From: Octopus bimaculoides
Lineage: Eukaryota
Assembly: GCF_001194135.2 (NCBI RefSeq)
Contig: NC_068981.1
Span: 87,473,046 to 87,521,607 of the forward strand
Direction of reading: 5' to 3'
DNA: 48,562 nt
Positions 34,621 through 46,100 of the stretch are shown here, one piece after another. The notes under the pieces are model-generated. The model saw only the letters and a list, made by a program, of their open reading frames with translations. It did not search any database and was not told the DNA's origin. The first letter of the stretch is position 1. Each line of letters opens with the position of its first letter. A program made the position numbers and the translations under genes.

Positions 34621-36829
34621 ATTTTGGACAGTTGTTGACTTTGTAAATAAATTTCATTGGGGGTGGAAAAACATCGTTGTTCATTAAGTTTCTTGTTAAA
34701 CTAAATTAAATCAATTATTTATAAATTAACACATTTATTGAATCTTCATTTATTCATGGATTGATGTTGGCAGGTAGAGGAAAAACACAAGTTTCAGTAT
34801 CTTCTTATTCTTGTATGATATTTGCTGTTCTTTTGGAAAGGAATTATTTCCTTATTCACAGAAAATACTGTACTTTACCTTGTCAACAGAATTTAGTTAG
34901 ATAAACAAGAAGAAAAAAAACTGTCTTTTTTCCTTGTTTTGAAACAAAATTTTTTTTTTGTGATAAAATTATGTGTATGCTTATAGACATGTATCCACAT
35001 ACATTTGCCGTTGAAGAGAAAAATTTAATGGAACCTACTGTTCTAAAGTCTAAAATTCAGTGGGTTTATATTGTAGTTTTTAGTAGTTTAAAGAAAGGTG
35101 GCCATTATAGTTCTGTTTATGAGACAGACAACTGTTAATGTATTTTGGCTGCCTTTTCTTCAATTGGCTTGGTGAAATCCTCTTGATGATTGTAAGACAG
35201 CAAATCCAGGCTCCTAATGTCTTCCATTTTCTCTGAATAAATTTTAAATGAAACATCCTGGTTGGCTGCCAATCTGGCCTGTTTTGGTGCTGGGTCTCGC
35301 TTTCTCTGGGCCAAGTCATTTCAACTATAAACACTTTCATAAAGAATCTCATTAAAAAAAAAGTTTAAAGATTTTATTCATTTACTTTTGTTGCCATCTT
35401 CAATATTATATGAAAAGAAAGTCTTTACCAGATGTTGCATTTGTTGTTATAGCTCTTTTGTTTTCTTGGAAGACTACAAAATTGCTGTGAAAGCTTTTGA
35501 AAAGCTAAATTCCTTTTGTTATATATATTTTTGTTAAATTATAAACCTTTAAGTGTGTCTAATTTAGATTTGCAATATGTTAGTAAGTTTCTAGAACCAT
35601 ATTCCTTGGCTTCAATGCTTATTTAAATATTAATCCATCTTCATAATCTTGACCATTTGTTTATGGTTAATTCCAGTGTCATATTTAATAGTCCTCTTCA
35701 AAAAAAAAAAAATTCTGATTGATGAGTCCTAGAATTAATAAGATGCTTTTCTATTCTAACCACCAAAGAATATCTAAAAACTGTCTATTTCATTATTTCT
35801 CTTCATCACACCATATTGTTATTTGAGACACAGCAAACTTAATAACTAACTGTACTGTATGAACTATTTGAATAAAATGCTGTACAACTTGTTTGCACCT
35901 GTGTTCATAATTATAACAATACAATAAGCTTTAGGGTCCATTTTTAATACTGTTGACACATCACTACTTTTGGTAACAAAAATTTATTCAAAAAAAAAAA
36001 ATGAATTGACAGTGCTATTTGTTTTCACATGTTTTTCCATGCTTGCATGGGTTGACAAATATGTTACTGAGGCATTGTTTTACAGCTGGATGCCCTTCCT
36101 ATCACTAACCCTTCTTTTTTTGAGAAGAAGATCTATTTCATGCAGCTTCAAAGGCACAAAGTGAGTAAGTGGTTTTATGAGAACTGACAACACCACCCAT
36201 ACATCACAACTTAGATGCAAGCAAGATAGATGCAAATAAAACATACACACACAATAGTCTTCTTTCAGTTTCTGTCCAGCAAATCCACTCGCAAGGTTTT
36301 GGCTGGCCCAAGAATATAGTAGATGCTTGAAGTGTTACACAGTAGGAATGAACCCAAAACCACACAGACTGGAAAAGAAACTTCTTAATCTCACAATCAT
36401 GCCTGCACTTATGGGTTTTCTATATTTCTTATTGACATGTAGATTATAATTATTCCAAAAGAATAGTTATGAATCTACATGTCATTTGTATATTTAGTTA
36501 ATGCTGTATTAAACAAGATATGAAATAAGTATATATCTAAAGTATGATGTAATTAATTAGAAAATTGAGGCTTTTCTCAAATACATTAATACAACGAGGG
36601 ATATTTCAACTAAACCTAAACACTGGAAATTGTTTCAAGATTCATACCTACATCAACATAAAGTTAATAGGGACAAAATTTAATTGAATGCCTTGAAATT
36701 AACTTCTGATATGTAATAAGTGACAACAAATATTACTATTCTAGAAAAAAAAACTATGGTTGAAACTGCAACTAATAGTTATATGGGTAATTAGGCTAAA
36801 AATAAATATACAAGTGAAATATATATGTT

Positions 36830-37046
36830 TTAACCCTTTAACATTTAAACTGGCCCTGATTTTCCAATTGTTTTATGTTCAAAGTGACCAGATCTGGGCT
36901 CTTACACCTGCCCTACAATGTTATTCTACATTAAACTACCACATCATTGAAATCTGAAGTATATGAGATAATGCATGATTAATTCAAAACAAAGAGAATC
37001 AATAATCATTACATTTGATAGAATAATCCGAACACTAAAGGGTTAA
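36830..37046 (-). mobile_element. piggyBac-type MITE, both TIRs and TTAA TSDs present
   Basis: TTAA-CCCTTTAAC ... CTAAAGGG-TTAA. Confidence 0.85.
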
Positions 37047-37694
37047 AATACTGATAAGTATTACTTGCAGTAGCTAATGGGTATCCAAAATGCATGCAAC
37101 AAGTTGCACGCGCTTTTTAGATGACAGCTATATTTTCTCTTCTGAAAATATAGCTGTTGTCTATTCATGATGATCAGAAATGTTCAGTTAAGTGAGTTTA
37201 TGACTTTTTTTTTTTTTGTTATGAAGATATCCTTGTTGAGTATAGATTAATATTATTTTCTAAGTATTTATGTATGTATTTTTTTGGTTGACAACTTTTG
37301 TATTATTTCAACCTCAAAATTATGAGAGATTTCATGATCAGTAGTTGAAAAGCAATAGGTAATACTGTACCTTTTAGTATATTTGATTGTGTACACATAC
37401 AGCTTAAAGAAACTTATCATTCATTAGTTTGAGTAGCATATCCAGTTTGTCTTAACTACTTGACAATACACAAACTATGAAAAGCGTACACATACAACTA
37501 TGGAGTTGGGAGGAAGGAATATAGTGAGCATTAGAGAACTATACTTTAGGTTCTCTGCTTGTTTGATAGTAATAGAAAGGGTAGCTAGCTGTAAATGTTT
37601 AAAACAAAAACAAAAAAAAATAAACTTGTAATATTCTATAACATTATTATGATTGTTTTTTCAAAAGACTTAATACACTATTTTGTATCAAGCT

Positions 37695-38085
37695 CCAGAC
37701 TAGGAAGTGCAAATAGATCTGAAGGGTAGGCTGGTCTTCCAGAGGAGGTGGCAATAACATTGCTCTGACCAGACACATTCTTACTTTCCAGGAAAGCAAG
37801 TACAATCATCATAGCTGAGCTAACAGTGCCCTGGGATGACACTTGATATTTCTCACCAACTGTAGAAAGCCAAATATCAGGAATTGGCTGATGAAGCACT
37901 TTTCAAAGGATGATGCACAGCCTCATTCCTTACTGAAGTCAGCTATTGCTGCTTTCCAACAACATGGTTCACTATTTCCTGCAGAAGATTGGTTTGGAGC
38001 TCAAACAACTAAAAATGACCACCAAGGAGATCAGTATGGCAGCTGAAACCAGCTCAAAGTGGCTATGGTTGACAAGAGACTGCTG
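37695..38085 (+). mobile_element. Restriction-like-endonuclease (RLE) non-LTR retrotransposon fragment, HERO/NeSL-like
   Basis: D*EVQIDLKGRLVF/PEEVAITLL*PDT...IIIAELTVPWDD..*KAKYQELADE..KG*..EV..AETSSKWLWL fits the RPD..ELTVPWE..K..KY..GW..EVG RLE pattern. Confidence 0.75.
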
Positions 38086-38816
38086 ATGGAACGCTTCTGC
38101 AAGCAAACACTAATTCAGACAAAGCATACAGGCTAAGGAATGAGATGCTTATGACTGATACAAAAAAAGCTTCTGACTTTAATCATCACCAGAAGAAGAG
38201 CTTACAATGTCTCTTAGTAACTCTTGCAGTTTCTGAATAGGATGAAGCATCTCTGGTGCTTAATTATTTCATTAACTGGAATAAATGTTTTTGACAGCTT
38301 CCCAAGCAATTTTTTTTTAGTCAAATAGTTTAACCATAAAATTAGACTCAGAAAATACATTATCATTAGCAGCAGAGAATCAGTAGAATACNNNNNNNNN
38401 NAAAAAAAAAAAAAAAAAAAATACCAACTAATTAAAAGAATTTATTTTCACAAGTTTTGAAAGAATCTGCAGATATGTCGAGGGTAATAAAATAATTTGC
38501 TCTTTCTGGAATGTAGTTTTCTTTACAATAAAAGTCTGAAGTTTATACTAAAAAAAAATGACAAACATAAAAACACTTCATAGCTAAAATACTCGTAATA
38601 ATACAAGAATGCTAGCCAAGACAATGAAACATTTAAAAATGCATATAAAATAAAAACTGGGATATCACAATTATTTTGCAATTAGATTTTAAAATGTACA
38701 AAAGAAAACATTAGTAAAAGGAAAGTAGAGGTAAAGAAAGCCAAAAGCCAGATAAAAAATAATGGTACAAATTCTGTTACATAAATACAAATTTGGTACA
38801 CAAGAATTTTAATCAG

Positions 38817-39062
38817 CTACCGATCAGTATGGACAAGTCTGTAGAAGAGTGATTCTGGATCGTTACAGAGAGTAGATGGTGGTGCAAATTCTGCAACCCG
38901 GCCGTTATCCATAACCAAAATACTATCACTGTCCATAATAGTGTTAATGCGATGTGCAATAGTCATCACGGTAGTATTGGCAAATTCTGATCGAATTGTC
39001 TGTTGAATCAGATAATCTGTTTGGTGGTCAACATTGGCAGTTGCTTCATCAATACAGAGGAT
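38817..39062 (-). CDS. ABCC10: ABCC10 terminal exon (Walker B, H-loop, stop)
   Basis: tatttcag acceptor; 246 nt ending in TAG. Confidence 0.95.
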   Translation of the reverse strand: MLCIDEATANVDHQTDYLIQQTIRSEFANTTVMTIAHRINTIMDSDSILVMDNGRVAEFAPPSTLCNDPESLFYRLVHTDR

Positions 39063-42000
39063 CTGAAATAAGACAAATATTGATTTCATATTAGTAATAG
39101 ACTGACAGAATTTTTTATCCAATATTGTGACTCTAAACTACTTCTAAAGTCAAGAGATTTTAATTAATAGAATTTATAATTTATCAGGTATCTAACAGAA
39201 TGTGTTGTAATAGTTAAAAATACATGAACAAGAATGTATAAAATTAAAACTATTTGTTAAACACAATTATTAAATTTTAGAATGAAGAAAATGCTTCATT
39301 TAAACAAATTGATAAAATAACAACAGTGTGTATTTGGAGATTAATATGGCATATGAGAAAGAAAACAGTTTTCAAAATAACTAATATTAAATTTTTCTTG
39401 AAGTCTAATTTTTAGAATGAAATTGAAATATAAGCAGATACTAATAATTGTTTTAATAATTAAAGTGTATTTACCTTAGATTTACTTAACAATGCCCGAG
39501 CAAGGCAAAATAATTGACGCTGACCAATTGAAAAGTTGCGACCATGCTCAATAACTTTAAAATCCAAACCACCAAGCTTTTCAACAGTTTCCCTCAAGTA
39601 ACACCGCTCTAATGCCTGCAGGAGTTCATCATCATTATCACAGATACCACATGGATCAAGATTCTCACGAACAGATCCCTCAAAAAGGAAGGGGTCTTGA
39701 GGAATAATAGCAAGCCGTGACCTGAAATTGATTAACCCTGTCTTTACAAAATGATTGATATTAAACAAATATAAATACATATACATATATACTTTATAAT
39801 TCAAAAAAGGAAGGGAACACAACGAATCATTATAAACTTTGTTTTTCAGTTTCTTTATGCTTTATAATCATCATTGCTATTATATAAGACTGATCTGTTA
39901 GAAAATTCTGTTGGAAAATTCTCTGACCCTAATATGAAGAAATAAATTTTAGTAATAAATTATGATTTTGTTATCAATTCAAAATATCATTGCATCACTA
40001 GTTAGGAACAGGATAATTTCTTTAATAAAAGCTTAGATATGCTTCCAAATTTAGTCATACATTTTATAACTACAGGGTGTCCCAAAAAGATGTACTCACT
40101 CTTTGACAGACGATTATTAATGTATTGTTTTTTTTATTTTTATTTCAGACGCAACCAATCCTTCACAATGGCAAATGCACAACTAGTGTTTGAGGGAAAA
40201 AAAATTATATTAAAGTGCTACTGGAAGCATGAAAATGTCACGGAAGTGCAAAAACAATTTAACACAGTTTCAGAAGACACCACCAACATGACACACTATT
40301 GCTCGTATCAGAGATAAATTTGAAGCATACAGAACTGTTCAGAACGTTAGTAAGCAATGCACTGGAAAACCACGAACATCCACCAGCCCCAATAGACACA
40401 ACCAATTAATGGAAACCCTTTCCTGATCCCCAAAGAAATCCATAAGACAATTGAGTCATGAGATAGGAATCCCAATAACATTAATTCAAGCCCTCAATGA
40501 AGATGATCCTGATCGGAGAGTTCAATTTTGCGAATGGTATCTGAACAAATTCGCAGAGGATGCAACGTTTCCAGAGAAAATCTTATGGAGCGATGAGGCC
40601 ACCTTCAAGTTAAATGGTTCAGTCAACCAACATAATTGCACATACTGGGCCCGTAAAAATCCACATTTTACTATGGAACACCATCTGAACTTACCAGGCG
40701 TTACAGTGTGGTGTGGAATGTCAACATTGGGTATCGTTGGACCATTTTTTTTTTTTACCAAACTGCCAGTGGCCCAGTTTACTTAAACTTACTGATAGAA
40801 AATGTCAGTCCACGAATTGAAGAGATGTTTGGGGACGAGGAGATTTACTTCCAGCAAGATGGAGCTCCTCCTCACTACCATCATGATGTATGGGCTTAAC
40901 TCGACGCAACAAATCCAAACAAATGGATTGGGAGGAGAAGTAGTGTTGATTTTCCTGCATGTTCCCCAGACCTCACGCCAGTGGATTTTTTTTTTTATAG
41001 GGACATCTCAAAGATAAGGTTTACGCTGCAAAACCAGTGACAATTGATGATTTGAAAAATGAAATTCGAATACAATGTCTTGCAATTCCAAATGAAATGT
41101 TTGGCAATGTTGTCAAATCCATTGATTTTAAACTACCAATTTACAATAAATTTGAACCAAAAAATGTTGTACTTACCTAAGTACAGTTAAATCAACACTA
41201 GCCACATTAATACCATCAACCAGTATTTCTCCTTTTTTTAATTCCACCATGCGGAAAATGGCTAAGAACAGACTAGATTTTCCAGAACCTGTTCGGCCAA
41301 CAATACCGATTTTTTCACCAGCTCGAGTTTCAAAAGAGACATCTACTAAAGCATTTGGTAACCCTGGTCTATATTGCAATTGTACACGACGAAAAACAAT
41401 GCAACCTTTTTGTGGCCAAGATGAAGCAGGCTGAAAAATAAAAAGATAAAACTAATTTCATTTAAAGTCACTATGTTTTTAAAATGTTTTCAAACTGTGT
41501 CTTCCACACACACAAGCTTGTCCTTCAGGTGCTGGTGCTGCATTAATGCACCTGTGCCAGTGGCACATAAAACGGACCCAACACACTCTTTGAAGTGGGT
41601 GGCATTAGGAAGGGCATCCAGCCATAGAAATTATATCACAACACATAGTTGGAGGCTGGACAGCTCCATCTCAAACTGTCCAACCCATGCCAACATGGAA
41701 AGAGGATGCTCAATGATGATGATGAGGAACATACATCTCATATATATAAATACAGTTCAGTTAAATCAGTGGTTCTCAACCAGGATCCACATGGCTCTTG
41801 GGGGTCCATATAAGATTTTATTGTCAAAATTTATCTGCAACAAATTAGTTATACTTCTACAACACTCAAAATATTTTCACAATTTTTTTAATACAATTCT
41901 AAATAATATTTAATTACAAAAATATAATAGAGTTTTTTAACCCTTTAGTGTTCGCATTATTCTGCCAAAATTAATGCTTTTTTATCCACATTGTTTTGAA

Positions 42001-43145
42001 CTAATCATGCATTATCTTGTAGCTATGAGATTTTGATGAGGTAGCTATTAATTTTTAAAACAATATTGTAGGGTTGGTGTGAGAGATCAGATCTGGCCAG
42101 TTTGAACATAAAACAGGCAGAATACTTTTGGCCGGATATGGCCGGTTTAATTGCTAAAGGGTTAAACATCGGATGGCTATGAAGGTCCATCCGAGAAAAA
42201 TAGGAATCAAAGGGGTCTGTAGGTAAAAAAACGGTTGAGAAACAGTCAAATGATCGGTCATTAATTATTTTTAACCCTTTAACATTTCAACTAACCATAT
42301 CAGGCGCAAATATTCTACCTGCTTTATGTTTAAACTGGCCAGATCTGGCCTCTTGCATCTACCCTACAATGTCAGTTTAAAAACAAAGAATCACATCATT
42401 GAAATCTCAGAGATACAAGATAATGGTCGATTAATATAAAGCAAAGTGAATAAATAAGCATTACATTTGACTGAATAATGTGAATGTTAAAGGGTTAAAC
42501 ATTTGAACCAAGTGGTAAAATAAAACTATTTCATAAGACAATATCATTGAAAAGAAAGTATCTGAAAGCATGCAGTATTTACCATATTGAGACCAATTTC
42601 TCGCTCATGAGGGATTCTCTCAATATATTGTTGTGCTCGTTCTACACTAACCATCATTTTTTCAGTCTCAGTGAAAAATTTAACAACACCATTGAGGAGC
42701 TGTGTGATGGACAGGGCATAAGTTAGGGCTAATCCAACTAGAACTGCAAAAGATAGTATGATTGTCTGTTGAAGACATAACAACAGTAATAATTTCAAAT
42801 TACAAAAAGAATACTTAATACTCATGTCTCATATTTTATTTTACTAATTATAAATAAAGTAAGTCAAATGGTAAATGCCTTGGAAAACAACTCAGTAATA
42901 ATAAAAACAGCTTCAGTAACTTTGACACTGATTATAAACATTTTTTTGTCGATCATCACTATCTTATAAAAATTGTATATCCAGTAGTATTAAATCACAT
43001 ATAAATACACAATTCTAAAGTTACTGGATATTTTTATATCTGATTAAAAGTGAAAGATAAGCAATATGAAATCTATAAATCAAAATGAAAACATAAATTT
43101 TGAGAACTGTCATTGTATACAGCAGAGAGAGACTGTGAGAGAATA

Positions 43146-43177
<32 letters not shown>

Positions 43178-46100
43178 ATGAGGAGAGTGTGTGTTTAGGT
43201 CATGTTAACCATCAAACAGCAGTAGTACTCTTTAGTGATGACCCTTTAGTGATTTTTGGTATTGTCTCTATCATTAATAGAGTCCAAGGTTTTTCCTGTT
43301 TACCATAGTAGGTTAGTGGATGAGTGAGTTGTAGTCACTGCTCTCACCTGGTTACAATCTTTTGCAAATGGTTAGTTTGGGATATAAGCTTTCTAATGCC
43401 TCTCAATATCCATCTTTCTCCATTACCAAGGCTCTTCACTTACATCCGCCCCCACCACCAACTCATCCCAGTCATTGCTTCCTTCTCCATACGCACTTTC
43501 TCATTCGTTCACTTTTTAGGTCATATTGCCCTGGGCAGACAGAGACACCACAGAATAATCTTCTCTGTATTGTTTCAATGTTAGTATATGTACTTCCGAA
43601 ACAAGTACACAATGCAGAATGTAGTGCACAAGGCAACATCAATAGTGCTTTTGTTATGATAAAAAAATGCACTTAATACACTCAACACATGAAAAAAGAA
43701 ACAATGAAGGGTTGAGAGCATTATTTTAGACTAGTAGAAGATATGACAGACTAGCCAAGTGTTAGAGCCATGAAAAAAAATGAATGCTGTATACTCTGTA
43801 AAGTGACTAGTGTTTGGATGCATAGCCAAACAGAAATGTTGAAAACAGGAACATTTTGATGAAGACATGGTCCTCCAACCAATCTAGGAAGGCAGGAACT
43901 ACAAATAAGAACCAACTCAAATCAAGATAGCTCTTCCAACATATGCTAACATGGAAAGCAAAAAGCTGAAACTATTAAATTCCATGTATAATACACACTT
44001 TTTCATCAAAACCATATTTAAATTTAGAGACGTGTATATTACATAACATTAGACTACCAAGTTTTTTTCCCAATCACATGGTCATTTTAGTTCAAGCAGG
44101 TGAATTTACCTGTAAACAGCTGGCATACATTCTAATGTTGATAGTCAATAAACCTATGTCAGTCATCTTTCTGCTGTTTACATATTTCAATAAGTTCAAA
44201 AGATAGCAGTATTTCTTGTTTTGGATATTGGTATTAATTCAAATTTATCTTGAGCTTTCCTCTGCAATCTGATATTTTTGCTCATTCACATTATTATGCT
44301 CACAGCTGCTCTGTTACCATATTCAATGGCATACTTTATCACTTCTAACTTATCAGCTGATAAATAATTCAAATGTCTGATGGCCAGCAATGTTGGTGGT
44401 AAGAATATCAAAAGATATGATAAACTTTTCCAGTTATCTATCATTATTTCCATATTATTATTTATAGATAATATAAATTATCTTTTATTTTAAATAAATT
44501 TCCTTCATATACAATTTACTATGAAAAAAAGCTAATATCTTGGATAACAGTATATTATCTAGTAATGTAGCCAGCTGTACAATACCACATATTATAAACA
44601 ATAAATGATGTAAGTCACACAGAGGGTCATAGCCCAACTAATTAGGGAGAGAGTTAGTCTAGATGAGATGCAGTTTGGATTTGTGCCAGGGAGAAGCACC
44701 ACTGATGCTTTCTGGTAAGGCAGCTGCAGGAGAAATACATAGCCAAACATAAACCTCTGTACTTGGCTTTTGTTGACTTGGAGAAAGCTTTTGACAGGGT
44801 CCCCGATCCCTTATCTGGTGGTCAATGCAGAAACTAAGGATAGATGAGGGGTTGGTGAGAGCTGTTCAAGCCATGTACAGGGACGCTACCAGTAAGGTGA
44901 GGGTTGGCAACGAGTACAGTGAAGAATTCTGGGTACAAGTAGAGGTTCGTCAAGGATCGGTCATCCACCCCCTCTTGTTCATCATGGTCCTCCGGGCAAT
45001 AACAGAGGAATTTAAGACAGGTTGCCCATGTCTGTTGCACGTACTTATTTGAGAGTAGATGAATATGACAGCTTTATTTACAAACACCTTGGTGACAGCC
45101 ATGATTTAGAACTTAGATTTTCTTTGCAAATTTTTTATAGGTATATCAGTGATCTACATATTAAAGAAGTATTACTTATCAGGTGTTGGCAACCACAGAT
45201 TAACATGCATTACAAGTTGCCTGACATTCATAAAATCATTGTATGATTCAAATAAACTGGCCTGTATAATCTGTATATGCAATAACAGTTTTGATTTTGA
45301 ATACAGGCTATTTTCTCATTTCAAATTTTTCAGTTCATGATTATAAATTGCTAAAATTGGAATACTAAATGAATTTATTTTCCCCTAAATTTGCATTACT
45401 AAGGGATTTTTATTTGTTCTTATTTCACTATTGAAATAATGCTTCAAGTAAACCACAAGATTTTACTAATGACTAATATATCCAGAGTTAATATCTGTTG
45501 CAACAAGTAATCAATTTTCTCTTTTTGCACAGCATATATTATATATATGCATATTATAAAATATACATATAATGTATATCATAATATACATTATATTATA
45601 ATCATCAATTATCATCAACATTTAATGTCTGTTTTCCATGCTGGTATGGGTTGGATGGCTTCGCAAAAACTGGCTTGGTTTTTACAGCTGGATGCCTTTC
45701 TTAATGCCAACCATTTTACAGTGAGTATTGGGTGCTTCTTGGGTGGCACCAGCACCAGTGTTTTTTACATGGCACCAGTATCATTGGTATTAATGTTTAT
45801 GACAATATACACTATATCATGTATAAGTAATTTTTATTAGGTAAATTACTTATAAAGTACTGGATAAAATTACAAATAAACAAACTATTGTAATGTACAG
45901 TGTGGGTCATTTTTTTTCTAAGTACATAAACTTATTGTTAAAACATTTGATTTTTTTTTAAGTGCAGCTCGAAGTAAGACAATAATAATTATACAGTTTT
46001 ATGGAAGAAACAATTGTCAATACTTACCCACATTAGAAGTTTGAAAATGATGCTCAATAACAGCAATGATAGCAACACCAGAAATAATAGCTACACCTAT

